Shown here piece after piece: positions 28,224 through 38,057 of a DNA stretch of 42,456 bases. The translations under genes were made by a program, and so were the position numbers. Under the pieces are notes generated by a model. It searched no databases. It saw only the letters and a list, made by a program, of their open reading frames with translations, and was not told where the DNA came from. Position 1 is the first letter of the stretch. Each line of letters begins with the position of its first letter. The DNA comes from Dehalococcoidia bacterium (GTDB taxonomy: Bacteria > Chloroflexota > Dehalococcoidia > GIF9 > UBA5629), in NCBI GenBank assembly GCA_011170325.1, contig DUEX01000003.1, forward strand, positions 16,661 through 59,116, given 5' to 3'.

Positions 28224-28395
28224 GAGGAGTGGCTATTAGTATACCTCGAATAACTATGCTCATAGTAGCCTAATGGCTCTACTCTTGTCAAGTTTAGCAA
28301 CACTTTTTGGACTTAGATTAACTCTCATTTGAACACTCCTAGAACATCCTCGGCTCTTGGAGTATAATCACTACTTACAGTGGAGAGTGTCAAAA

Positions 28396-29601
28396 GTGGT
28401 GAAAAAGGCTTTGGCGAAGGATGAATTAAAGGCAGAGGTAAATAAGCAAGTAGAGTTTCACCGCCACGAACTTATTGAATTAAGCCTTAGGATTCATGCC
28501 AATCCTGAGCTAGGATTCAAGGAGGAGAAGGCATCGGCTTGGTTAACCGGTTATCTCGAGAAAAATGGGTTCCAGGTGGAAAAAGGTACAGGAGGTTTGC
28601 CCACATCTTTCAAAGCAGTCTACAGCAAAGGCAAACCGGTTATTGCTTTGCTGGCTGAGTACGATGCCTTGCCTGAAGTCGGACATGCCTGTGGGCACAA
28701 TATAATAGCTGCCTCAGCAGTAGGAGCCGGTGTGGCTAGTAGATGTATTGTTGATAACTATGGTGGGACAGTTGCCGTTTTTGGTACTCCTGCAGAGGAG
28801 CTTTTTGGTGGTAAAGTAACCATGTTGCAAGCTGGAGCTTTTGATGGACTGGATGTAGCCATGATAGTACATCCTGGAGTGCGAAATATGGCAACTACTG
28901 AAGCACTTGCTTGTATTAGCTTGGAGATTGAATTTATTGGTAAAGCAGCTCATGCTGCTGCTCATCCTGAGCAGGGAATCAATGCTCTGGAAGCTGTGGT
29001 TTTAGCTTTTAATGCCGTAAACTCACTTCGCCAACATATTAAAGACAAAGCCCGTATCCATGGTATAATTACCTCTGGTGGTGAAGCCGCTAACATAGTG
29101 CCAGCTTACTCCTCAGCTAAATTACTAGTCCGTGCTTCAGACAACGCCTATCTTGACGAACTAAAGCAAAAGGTTCTAAACTGTTTTAGTGGAGCCTCAC
29201 TAGCTACTGGAGCTCGGTTGGACTACAAATGGGGGGAAATAATCTACGCTCCGATGAACAATAACTTGTTCCTAGCCCAGCTCTTCTCCCAAAATCTCAA
29301 ATCTTTAGGCCGCAAGATAGAACCTTTTGAGCCTCGCTTTGGTTTTGGCAGCACCGATATGGGTAATGTTAGCCAAGTTATACCTGCCATTCACCCTTCA
29401 GTTGCTATTGCCTCTCCCGGCATATCGCTGCACTCAACGGATTTTGCCCTAGCTGCTGCCTCTGAAGCAGGACATAAGGGGCTGCTAGATGCTGCTAAAG
29501 TTCTGGCTATGACAGTCGTCGACCTTCTCAGTGAACCTGAGACGTTGGCTAAGGTCAAGGATGAATTTTCTCACAGCCATGACAAAAGTTGGTATTCCTA
29601 G
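28396..29601 (+). CDS. M20 family amidohydrolase (ACY1L2/AbgB-like)
   Basis: IH.NPELG, EYDALP, HACGHN, GTPAEE, HP, GSTDMGNVS; start approximate. Confidence 0.93.
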   Translation: MVKKALAKDELKAEVNKQVEFHRHELIELSLRIHANPELGFKEEKASAWLTGYLEKNGFQVEKGTGGLPTSFKAVYSKGKPVIALLAEYDALPEVGHACGHNIIAASAVGAGVASRCIVDNYGGTVAVFGTPAEELFGGKVTMLQAGAFDGLDVAMIVHPGVRNMATTEALACISLEIEFIGKAAHAAAHPEQGINALEAVVLAFNAVNSLRQHIKDKARIHGIITSGGEAANIVPAYSSAKLLVRASDNAYLDELKQKVLNCFSGASLATGARLDYKWGEIIYAPMNNNLFLAQLFSQNLKSLGRKIEPFEPRFGFGSTDMGNVSQVIPAIHPSVAIASPGISLHSTDFALAAASEAGHKGLLDAAKVLAMTVVDLLSEPETLAKVKDEFSHSHDKSWYS

Positions 29602-30577
29602 AGCTTTACTCTACTACCAATATTATCCCATGTGGAGAACCTTCTTCGAGGAGTTGGGAGTTGAGACAGTCTTATCAACTCCAACTACGAAAGCTATGGT
29701 CAATTCAGGGTGCTCAAGGATGGTAGCTGAAACCTGCTTACCAGTGAAAGTTTTCTGCGGGCACGCTCTTTCTTTAGTGGATAAATGTGACTATATGTTT
29801 ATCCCGGCTATCCGTAGTATGGGGAAAAGAGCCTATAATTGTTCTAAATTCTTAGGTTTGCCTGATATGATGAAGGCGGTGATACCAGAATGCCCGCTAA
29901 TTCTTGATATGGATATAGATGTCACCAATGGAAAACGCACCCTGTATCAGAATATTTATAGCTTAGGCCGTCATTTCACCTGGAATCCAGCTAAAGTTAA
30001 AAAGGCGGCAGAGAAAGCCTGGGAGTGTCATTTGGCTTATTACCAGCAAATGTTTAGCCAAGGGCTTACACCAACTCAGGCGATAGATGAAATATTCAGT
30101 GAAAAGGGGGTAGGGGTAGACCAAGAAACAGCTAATTCGTCTTTAACACTGACCGTTGCTGTTGTCGGACATCCTTATCTCATATATGACGATTATATCA
30201 ATCACCGCCTCATCCACCGGCTACAAACCATGGGTGCCAGAGTCCTAACCCCAGAGATGGTAGACGAGGAAGTGCTTGATGTGGCCATGACTAAATTGGT
30301 AGGCAACCCTCGCTGGACTTATGAAGTTGATGTAATCGGTGCCGGTGGTTATTACCTTGAGGTGAAAGTCGATGGTGTAATCGGTGTGATCGCCTTCGGC
30401 TGCGGTCCTGACTCAGTAATGATGGACATGGTGTATCGTAAAGCTAAGCGACTTAAGGCGATTCCCTTTATGTGTCTTACACTTGATGAGCATACTGCTG
30501 ATGCTGGATTAGTTACTCGTCTTGAGGCTTTTCTCGATATGGTTAAAAGGCGGAGGAGAGAGCAGACATGCGTGTAG
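29579..30577 (+). CDS. DUF2229-type Fe-S reductase/dehydratase subunit (activase-related)
   Basis: KVGIPRAL, ETCLPVK, NCSK, GHPY, FGCGPD, DEH...G..TRLEAFLD; ATG at 29579 overlaps the M20 gene end. Confidence 0.85.
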   Translation: MTKVGIPRALLYYQYYPMWRTFFEELGVETVLSTPTTKAMVNSGCSRMVAETCLPVKVFCGHALSLVDKCDYMFIPAIRSMGKRAYNCSKFLGLPDMMKAVIPECPLILDMDIDVTNGKRTLYQNIYSLGRHFTWNPAKVKKAAEKAWECHLAYYQQMFSQGLTPTQAIDEIFSEKGVGVDQETANSSLTLTVAVVGHPYLIYDDYINHRLIHRLQTMGARVLTPEMVDEEVLDVAMTKLVGNPRWTYEVDVIGAGGYYLEVKVDGVIGVIAFGCGPDSVMMDMVYRKAKRLKAIPFMCLTLDEHTADAGLVTRLEAFLDMVKRRRREQTCV

Positions 30578-31668
30578 GCATACCTCATGCTGGTAACATT
30601 TATATCCCTTTCAGGACGCTATTTAGAGAATTAGGCACTGAGCTTGTGGTACCACCACCCAATAACCAGCGGGCACTGGACTTAGGGGTCAAGTATGCTC
30701 CTGAGGGAGTCTGTATCCCTTTCAAGCTAACTTTGGGCAATTTAATCGAGGCTTGTGAGCTAGGCGCTGATACTGTTCTTCAAGCTGGCGGTTTTGGTAT
30801 CTGCCGATTAAGCTACTATGCTAAGACGCAGAAGGAAATTCTTCATGACCTAGGCTATGATGCCGAAATGCTTACCTTCGATGTATCACAGAACAAACTT
30901 CGAGGGATCCTTCAGCTCATTAAACATGTATCCGATAATGCACCTTGGTCTAAGGTTATCCCAGCTTTCCGCTTTGGCTTAGCTAAGGTAGCTGCCGTGG
31001 ATGATATAGAGAAAATAGTACACAAGATGCGAGCCGTAGAGTTAGAAAAAGGAACAGCTAACAGAATCTATCGAGAGGCTATAACAGCTATCGATGAGGT
31101 TGCTGACCATGGCACTTTGAAACGGGTGGTTAAAGACTATAGTGAAAAGCTATACCAGATATCCAGAAACCCTGATGCCGACTCGCTCAAAGTTGGCATA
31201 GTCGGTGAAATTTTTGTAGTCTTGGACCCCTTTTCCAATTTAGACCTGGAAGTAGAACTAGGTAAATTAGGAGTGGAAGTAAAGCGCGCTATTTTCTTCT
31301 CCCGCTGGACCAAATTCAGCCTTTTTCTTAACCCTTTGGGTGTGGATGAGTGGAAAAAGGTGCATGAGGCAGCTATGCCTTATCTTAAGCGCGATGTCGG
31401 TGGCGATGGCTGGGAATCAGTAGGTGAGAAAGTATTTCATGCTCACCAGTACGATGGCATAGTTCATGTAGCACCTTTCACCTGCATGCCAGAGGTAGTG
31501 GCTCAAAATATTATGCCTTCAACTAAGGAGGACATCCCGGTACTCACTCTCCTTTGTGATGAGCAAACAGCCAAACCAGGAATGCTAACCAGACTCGAAG
31601 CTTTCGTCGACATGCTGAATTTCAGACGAAAGAGGATTGGGAATCTAAAACCGGGAGTTATAAAATAG
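30568..31668 (+). CDS. Second 2-hydroxyacyl-CoA-dehydratase-like Fe-S subunit
   Basis: CIPFK, G.CR..YY, VGIVGEI, PFTCMPE, DEQT...G..TRLEAFVD. Confidence 0.85.
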   Translation: MRVGIPHAGNIYIPFRTLFRELGTELVVPPPNNQRALDLGVKYAPEGVCIPFKLTLGNLIEACELGADTVLQAGGFGICRLSYYAKTQKEILHDLGYDAEMLTFDVSQNKLRGILQLIKHVSDNAPWSKVIPAFRFGLAKVAAVDDIEKIVHKMRAVELEKGTANRIYREAITAIDEVADHGTLKRVVKDYSEKLYQISRNPDADSLKVGIVGEIFVVLDPFSNLDLEVELGKLGVEVKRAIFFSRWTKFSLFLNPLGVDEWKKVHEAAMPYLKRDVGGDGWESVGEKVFHAHQYDGIVHVAPFTCMPEVVAQNIMPSTKEDIPVLTLLCDEQTAKPGMLTRLEAFVDMLNFRRKRIGNLKPGVIK

Positions 31669-31672
31669 GGCT

Positions 31673-32638
31673 ATGAAAACCTATCTTGGTATCGATGTTG
31701 GTTCACTAACTACTAAGTTAGCTCTGCTTGACCAAGACAACCGGCTTCTTACAGCAGTTTATTTACGTACTCAAGGTAAACCAGTTGCCATGATTCAAGA
31801 AGGGTTAGAACAAATTAGAGACCAGATGCCCTATGGAGCTGACATCTGTGGGGTGGCTACCACAGGTAGTGCTCGTTACTTAGCTGGTGTGGTAACTGAT
31901 GCTGACCTGGTAAAGAATGAGATTACCAGCCAAGCCTTTGGCGCCATACATTATGTTCCTGATGCCCAGACTGTAATCGAAATTGGCGGTCAAGATAGCA
32001 AAATTATAATTATTCGCGATGGCGTAGTCATCGACTTTGGCATGAACACAGTATGTGCTGCTGGCACTGGCAGCTTTCTTGACCACCAAGCCTCACGGTT
32101 AAATATTAATATTGAGGACTTCGGACAGCAGGCCTTGCAAAGCAAAACACCAGTGCGCATTGCTGGGCGATGCACTGTCTTCGCTGAGTCAGATATGATT
32201 CATAAGCAGCAGATGGGGCACAAAACTGATGATATCCTCTACGGTTTGTGTCAAGCCCTGGTACGTAATTTTATCAATAATGTTGCTTTGGGTAAGGAAA
32301 TCCTGCCTCCAGTAGTCTTTCAGGGTGGGGTGGCATTCAATGCGGGGATTGTCAAAGCATTTGAGGAAAGCTTAAGTACTCAGGTTATTGTGCCTCCTCA
32401 TCACGAGGTTCTAGGAGCTATCGGCGTTGCCCTTGTAGCACGTGAGGAAATAGAAGCCAGTGGTAACATGACCAAATTTAGAGGTTTCAGCATCAGTCAG
32501 GCAAATTACCATACTTCATCTTTTGAGTGCAAAGCTTGCCCCAACGTGTGCGAAATTGCCCAGCTTTCCCTTGATGGTAAAGTTCTGGCTAGGTGGGGAG
32601 GTCGCTGTGACCTATGGGAAAGAGCGTCGACTGGTTGA
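31673..32638 (+). CDS. ATP-dependent activase (HgdC/BadFG/BcrAD ASKHA ATPase) with C-terminal Cys domain
   Basis: GIDVGS.TTK, EIGGQDSK, CAAGTG.FL, RCTVFAESD, QGGV; tail FECKACPNVC...GGRC. Confidence 0.93.
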   Translation: MKTYLGIDVGSLTTKLALLDQDNRLLTAVYLRTQGKPVAMIQEGLEQIRDQMPYGADICGVATTGSARYLAGVVTDADLVKNEITSQAFGAIHYVPDAQTVIEIGGQDSKIIIIRDGVVIDFGMNTVCAAGTGSFLDHQASRLNINIEDFGQQALQSKTPVRIAGRCTVFAESDMIHKQQMGHKTDDILYGLCQALVRNFINNVALGKEILPPVVFQGGVAFNAGIVKAFEESLSTQVIVPPHHEVLGAIGVALVAREEIEASGNMTKFRGFSISQANYHTSSFECKACPNVCEIAQLSLDGKVLARWGGRCDLWERASTG

Positions 32639-32650
32639 GGCAGATGTGAA

Positions 32651-33112
32651 ATGAAGGTTATTTTTCTAAAGGACGTATCAGCTAAAGGGGGAAAAGGGGA
32701 TATAAAAGAAGTAGCTGATGGCTATGCAAGGAACTTCCTTTTCCCCCAAGGTTTAGCTTTGCTAGCAACACCAGCAGCCATTAAAGCAGCTAAAGCCCAG
32801 TCCGAAGAGAGAGTACAACGCCGAACTCGTCAGCAAGAAGAATTAGCTGAGCTAATTCAGCGTCTGGAGGGGAAAGAGCTGCATTTCAAGGCTCGAGTGG
32901 GTGCTAGAGGTCGCCTTCATGGTGCCGTTACTAGTGCTGACATAGCTGGTGAGCTTTCTCAGCTTATCAGCTTTGAGATTGACAAGAAAAAGGTTGAGCT
33001 AGATGAACCATTGCGTCATCTAGGTAGCTACGAAGTAGCCATCAGCTTAGCTAAAGGTTCAGAAGCTAAGATCAAAGTAGTTGTTGAGGAAGAGAAGATC
33101 CAAAGTGATTAG
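32651..33112 (+). CDS. rplI: 50S ribosomal protein L9
   Basis: MKVIFLKDV...[11 protein letters not shown]+L.G.VT..DI. Confidence 0.97.
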   Translation: MKVIFLKDVSAKGGKGDIKEVADGYARNFLFPQGLALLATPAAIKAAKAQSEERVQRRTRQQEELAELIQRLEGKELHFKARVGARGRLHGAVTSADIAGELSQLISFEIDKKKVELDEPLRHLGSYEVAISLAKGSEAKIKVVVEEEKIQSD

Positions 33113-34475
33113 TGAGAACTTGCCTCCACACGATGTTGAAGCTGAAGAAGCAGTAATTGGCTCCCTTCTTGTTGACAGCGAAGCCATATTCAAAGTTGCC
33201 ACCTTTCTTAGACCTGAGGACTTCTTCACACAGCAAAATCAATGGATTTATGATGCTTGCCTCTGTCTTTACCAGCGTAATGAGGGTATAAATCAGATAA
33301 CTGTAGCTCATGAATTAGCTCAGCAAGGTAAACTGGAAGAGGTTGGTGGGGCTGCTTATTTAAGCCACCTGGTCTCCATTGTCCCTACGTCTCTCCATAT
33401 TGAATATTATGCACAGATTGTGTCTAGGCTATCTGTGATGCGCCGATTGATCAGCGCTGCTAACCAGATTGCTGCTATCGGCTATCAAGCTGATGCGGAT
33501 GTTGATGCTGCTCTCAGTAAGGCAGAGGACACTCTTTTTAGAGTAAGACAGCGGCAGAGTCACAGGGATTTCGTTCTTATCCGTCATGTTCTCGGTCAGT
33601 ATTTTGAGGAAACTGGACCAGCTCAACCTCGGGAAGAAGAGATCCCGCATATTCTCACCAACTTTACCGCCTTGGATAGTTTCTTAGGCGGGTTGCAGCG
33701 TTCTGACTTGATTGTTTTAGCTGCCAGGCCAAGCTTAGGCAAAACTAGCTTAGCCCTTAATATTGCTAGAAACACAGCTATCAACCAAAAGGCCTGCGTT
33801 GCTCTATTCAGCTTAGAAATGTCTCAGCAAGCAGTTGTCCAACGCCTGCTAGCTAACGAGGCTAATGTAGATTCTAGGCATGTTCGCCTGGGAATCTATA
33901 CTGAAGAAGAAGAGAGAAAGATTATGGAAGCTAGCGGCGTTCTTTCGGAAGCCTCCATCTATATTGATGACTCGCCTCAACTGCGGATAGTAGAGGTGCG
34001 AAGCAAGGCACGACGCCTTCACTTCGAGCGCACTATTGACCTAGTCATTGTTGATTATCTGCAACTAATACAGGGAGAGGCTAGAGGCGACAGTCGGGTG
34101 CAGGAGGTCAGTGAGATAACACGCTCGCTAAAGGCACTTGCTCGGGAGATAGATACACCGGTATTAGCTGTATCACAACTTAGCCGAGCTGTAGAGTGGC
34201 GGGCATCTCACAGACCCCAGCTTGCTGATCTTAGGGAGAGCGGTAGTATTGAACAAGATGCTGATGTAGTTCTCTTTATCTATCGGGATGAAATGTATTA
34301 TAACGAAGATGAATGGAGAAAACTCCATGATATTGAGGGCGAGCCATATCCTAAAGGCATCGCCGATATCATTATAGCTAAACATCGCAACGGTCCCACA
34401 GGTGAGGTCAAATTACGCTTTCTCCCTAGAACTGCCAGATTCAAAGATTTAGAGACTGAGCTAAGCCCAGCTTGA
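33105..34475 (+). CDS. dnaB: Replicative DNA helicase
   Basis: [50 protein letters not shown]; no intein; GTG at 33105 preferred. Confidence 0.98.
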   Translation: MISENLPPHDVEAEEAVIGSLLVDSEAIFKVATFLRPEDFFTQQNQWIYDACLCLYQRNEGINQITVAHELAQQGKLEEVGGAAYLSHLVSIVPTSLHIEYYAQIVSRLSVMRRLISAANQIAAIGYQADADVDAALSKAEDTLFRVRQRQSHRDFVLIRHVLGQYFEETGPAQPREEEIPHILTNFTALDSFLGGLQRSDLIVLAARPSLGKTSLALNIARNTAINQKACVALFSLEMSQQAVVQRLLANEANVDSRHVRLGIYTEEEERKIMEASGVLSEASIYIDDSPQLRIVEVRSKARRLHFERTIDLVIVDYLQLIQGEARGDSRVQEVSEITRSLKALAREIDTPVLAVSQLSRAVEWRASHRPQLADLRESGSIEQDADVVLFIYRDEMYYNEDEWRKLHDIEGEPYPKGIADIIIAKHRNGPTGEVKLRFLPRTARFKDLETELSPA

Positions 34476-34497
34476 GGAATATTGAGGCTAAAGAGGC

Positions 34498-35220
34498 ATG
34501 ACTAAGAAACCCTTCCTTGGTTTCCCAGCAAGAACGGAGGTTACCCCGATACCTAATCTGTTCTTCACTGCGTTAGTGCCACAGATTGAAGATATCGCTG
34601 AGCTCAAGACGGCATTGCATATTTTCTGGCTACTCAGCCGCCGACAAGGCTATCCTCAGTTCGTAACTTATAGCGAGCTCCTGTCTGACCCTGTCCTCAT
34701 GAGTGGCATAAAGGAAGGAACCAAGCCTGTAGATGAGATACTTCGTCACACGCTACATTTAGTTGTCCAACATGGCATTATGCTTCACCTAAGGCTTGAC
34801 AGAGACGGAGAGTTCGAAGATGCTTATTTTATCAACACCGAAATTGGGAAGAGAATAATCGATGAAATTCAACAAGGTAAACTCATGTTACCAGATCTGA
34901 TGCCTAATAAATATGAGGAATTGGGAGCCGCACTGCCATCGGGCATTTTTAGTCTCTATGAACAAAACATAGGTATGCTTACACCAATAATCGCGGAAGA
35001 ACTTCAGGAGGCTGAGAAACTTTACCCGGCAGATTGGATTGAGAGTGCTTTTAAAGAGGCAGTTGCTTTAAATAAGCGTAGCTGGAAGTATATCGCGCGT
35101 ATCTTAGAGCGGTGGGCTATTGAGGGTAAAGATAATGGAAAGCCTGGGAGAGATTTTAAAAAAGAAAGCGATTCCGGCAAATACATCAGGGGCAAATACG
35201 GACATATGGTTAAGCGCTGA
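34498..35220 (+). CDS. DnaD-domain replication protein
   Basis: IF.LYEQNIG.LTP...W...A..EAV..NKRSWKYI..IL.RW, typical of the DnaD/DnaB_2 domain. Confidence 0.85.
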   Translation: MTKKPFLGFPARTEVTPIPNLFFTALVPQIEDIAELKTALHIFWLLSRRQGYPQFVTYSELLSDPVLMSGIKEGTKPVDEILRHTLHLVVQHGIMLHLRLDRDGEFEDAYFINTEIGKRIIDEIQQGKLMLPDLMPNKYEELGAALPSGIFSLYEQNIGMLTPIIAEELQEAEKLYPADWIESAFKEAVALNKRSWKYIARILERWAIEGKDNGKPGRDFKKESDSGKYIRGKYGHMVKR

Positions 35221-36556
35221 GGCAGGGGAAGAAAGCTCGCCTGATTCCACTTGTCCCCTGTGTAAAGGAGCTGGCTTCGTATATCCTCTATTAGCTTCGG
35301 GGCGTCCTGATTTCAGTCGAGTTGTCCCCTGCAAATGCACCCATGGAGGGCTGCAAAAAGAGAAACTAGCTCAGCTTCAGCAATACAGTAATCTGGGCGC
35401 TTTATCTCGACTGACTTTTGACAACCTTCTACAGGCTGGAAGACATAGCGAAGCTACATCGCAGCAGTATTTCACACAGGCTTATGAAGCAGCCAAAGCT
35501 TTTGCTGCTGATCCCAAAGGATGGTTGGTCTTAATCGGCCCCGGTGGCTGTGGCAAAACACACTTGGCTTGCGCCATTGCTAATCATCGTCTAAGCCTAG
35601 CTCAGCCTGCCTTTTACATAGGAGTCGCTGATTTACTAGACCATCTTCGCTCTACCTTCAGCCCTAGCAGCGACATCGCCTACGATGAGCTGTTTGAACG
35701 AGTGAAAAATACCCCGCTTTTAGTCTTGGATGACTTAACCATGGCGGTTACTACCGCTTGGGCAAAGGGAAAGCTAAAACAGTTGCTTGACCACCGTTTC
35801 AATACTCAGTTACCTACAGTAATCACTAGCGATGTGCCAATTGAAGAGTTTGAGGAGGATTTACGAGGCCGCCTAACTGCCCCTGAGTTCTGTCAGATAT
35901 GTGTGATTCAAGGAAAATCCTCACCGTCTTTAGAGCACCTCGGAGGCCTAGAATTAGAGTTATTACGAAAAATGTCCTTCAAAAATTTTGATTGTAAGCG
36001 ATTGAACCTCCCAGCCGAACATCGTCAGAACTTGGAGCAGGCGTTCCGTATCGCCTTCAATTTTGCTCAATCTCCCCAAGGCTGGCTAGTCTTCCAGGGG
36101 GTTAATGGCTGTGGCAAAACACATTTGGCAGCCGCCATTGCCAATCATCTGCATCAAGAAGGCAAATCAGTCTTGTTTATCGTGGTTCCTGACCTCCTTG
36201 ACTATTTGCGTTCTACTTTTAGTCCAGAAAGCAGAGTCTCCTATGATGAGCTCTTTGAGAAAGTTAAAAAGGCTCCAGTACTTATTCTTGATGATTTTGG
36301 TGAACAGTCAGCTACACCATGGGCTCAAGAAAAGCTCTATCAGCTGATTAACTACCGCTATAATGCCAGGTTAGCCACAGTAATTACTACCTGTTTTTCC
36401 TTAGACGAGATTGAAAGTCGCATCAGCTCTCGAATGGTAGACCCTAGCCTTAGCCTAGTCTTTAACATCATGGCTCCTGATTATCGGGGCGATATACAGG
36501 CAGCTCGGGAGGCTAGGTTACAGCAGCGATATTCTCGGCGAGGTCGCCAGTCTTAG
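35135..36556 (+). CDS. DnaC/IstB-like helicase loader with two tandem AAA+ domains
   Basis: N-terminal CxxC...CxC; two Walker A (GPGGCGKT, GVNGCGKT) and two Walker B (LVLDD, LILDD). Confidence 0.88.
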   Translation: MESLGEILKKKAIPANTSGANTDIWLSAEAGEESSPDSTCPLCKGAGFVYPLLASGRPDFSRVVPCKCTHGGLQKEKLAQLQQYSNLGALSRLTFDNLLQAGRHSEATSQQYFTQAYEAAKAFAADPKGWLVLIGPGGCGKTHLACAIANHRLSLAQPAFYIGVADLLDHLRSTFSPSSDIAYDELFERVKNTPLLVLDDLTMAVTTAWAKGKLKQLLDHRFNTQLPTVITSDVPIEEFEEDLRGRLTAPEFCQICVIQGKSSPSLEHLGGLELELLRKMSFKNFDCKRLNLPAEHRQNLEQAFRIAFNFAQSPQGWLVFQGVNGCGKTHLAAAIANHLHQEGKSVLFIVVPDLLDYLRSTFSPESRVSYDELFEKVKKAPVLILDDFGEQSATPWAQEKLYQLINYRYNARLATVITTCFSLDEIESRISSRMVDPSLSLVFNIMAPDYRGDIQAAREARLQQRYSRRGRQS

Positions 36557-36685
36557 AGAGCGTTTAGCAATCCTGCCTATCATTCTTCGCTCCGCTCAGG
36601 TGGCAACTAAACGGTCGTTAGGCTGATGGTGTTGCAGGCCGAAAGCTTTCCTGCTAAAATGGTCTAGATTACAAAGGATAAAATT

Positions 36686-37189
36686 GTGGTAAACGCGCCA
36701 GTTTTGGTACTCAATCAGAGCTACGAGCCGCTCAATATCTGCCAAGTGCGCCGAGCTATAGTCTTGCTTCTTCGTGGCAGAGCTGAGGTTCTAGAGAATG
36801 GGCGAGGTAATCTCCATTCCGTTGACAATGTCTTCGATGTCCCTTTGGTGATTCGCCTTGTTTACTTCATTAGGCGACCCCGCCGGCAGCGAAGAATGAC
36901 CAAGCTCGAGATTTTCAACCGTGACCGGTATATCTGTCAATATTGTGGTCGGGAAAACAAGGAGCTCACTCTGGATCATGTCATACCTAGACGGCGTGGT
37001 GGGGAGCATAGCTGGGAAAATGTAGTCAGTGCTTGCATACCCTGCAATCGTCGAAAGGCTGGACGCACACCAGCCGAAGCTGGGATGCACCTTCTCCGCC
37101 AGCCCCGACCACCAAGCAACGATGGTTTCTATGTGCCTTACCACTACCTTCGTATGTATACTGAGTGGCAAAAATATCTCCCTCAATAG
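36686..37189 (+). CDS. HNH endonuclease (McrA-like, stand-alone)
   Basis: VLVLN.SYEP, RD...CQYCG, DHVIP..RGG..SWEN.V.AC..CN..K. Confidence 0.92.
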   Translation: MVNAPVLVLNQSYEPLNICQVRRAIVLLLRGRAEVLENGRGNLHSVDNVFDVPLVIRLVYFIRRPRRQRRMTKLEIFNRDRYICQYCGRENKELTLDHVIPRRRGGEHSWENVVSACIPCNRRKAGRTPAEAGMHLLRQPRPPSNDGFYVPYHYLRMYTEWQKYLPQ

Positions 37190-37226
37190 CTGCCTTTCTC
37201 CCGTTGCTCATCAATTATTACAATTA

Positions 37227-38030
37227 TTATCCTTTACGCCAAGTTATCTGGTTAAGAGGCATTTCTACAGTGGCTCCGGTCTCTAATTCCACCGATACTG
37301 CTTCTTTCAGTGGGTTGTTGCCGACTACTTTAGCTCTGCCTAGAGATGTGGATACTTCCTGACCTAACTCAGGCAACCTTTCCTTCATAGCTTGGTATTG
37401 GTCATATTCATACCCCAAACAGCAAAGGAGACGACCACAAATACCCGATGTTTTCATTGGGTTGAGCGCAATATCTTGCTCCTTCGCCATCTTGATAGAA
37501 ACTGGGGCAAATTCACCGAGAAAGGTGATACAGCATAAAGGAAAACCACATTTACCTAAGCCACCGACTAATTTGGCCTCGTCTCTGGCTCCGACTTGCC
37601 TTAACTCAACACGAGTTCTTAGGCTGCGACTTAATTCCCGAACTAGCTCACGAAAATCAACTCTCTTCTCAGAGCTGAAAAAGATGGTAAGATGACTTCC
37701 GTCAAGATTATATTGAGCCGAAAGCAGTTTCATACGAAGGTTGAGCTTTTCATTCAACTCTCGGCACTTAGCCAGGGCTTTCACCGCCTTTTCCTGCTGT
37801 TGTTGAGCTTGCTCTATATCCTCAGCCTGTGCCTTGCGAACTACTGACTTTAACGGCTCAGTGATGTCACTGGATAAAACTTGTTTTGGGGAAATGACTA
37901 CTTTGCCTAATTCTTGGCCATGACTGGTCTCAACTACCACATAGTCATTTACTTCTACAGTGATACCCGCCGCATCGAAATAGTAGATCTTACCAACTTG
38001 TTGAAAACGAACCCCAACTATCTCAGACAT
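37227..38030 (-). CDS. ricT: PSP1/RicT (YaaT) family protein
   Basis: GKIYYF, RVDFRELV, RQVGARDEA, G.CG..LCC, CGRLLCCL.YE; follows holB. Confidence 0.92.
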   Translation of the reverse strand: MSEIVGVRFQQVGKIYYFDAAGITVEVNDYVVVETSHGQELGKVVISPKQVLSSDITEPLKSVVRKAQAEDIEQAQQQQEKAVKALAKCRELNEKLNLRMKLLSAQYNLDGSHLTIFFSSEKRVDFRELVRELSRSLRTRVELRQVGARDEAKLVGGLGKCGFPLCCITFLGEFAPVSIKMAKEQDIALNPMKTSGICGRLLCCLGYEYDQYQAMKERLPELGQEVSTSLGRAKVVGNNPLKEAVSVELETGATVEMPLNQITWRKG

Positions 38031-38057
38031 TATAAGGTGACGAGCATAGATAATATT

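Noticed and set aside
35135-36556. IS21 element (IstB)
   Set aside because: No IstA transposase or terminal repeats; sits in a replication operon
36686-37189. HNH as part of a Cas9/IscB, restriction or homing system
   Set aside because: No RuvC, array, methylase or intron context; matches the common stand-alone HNH type
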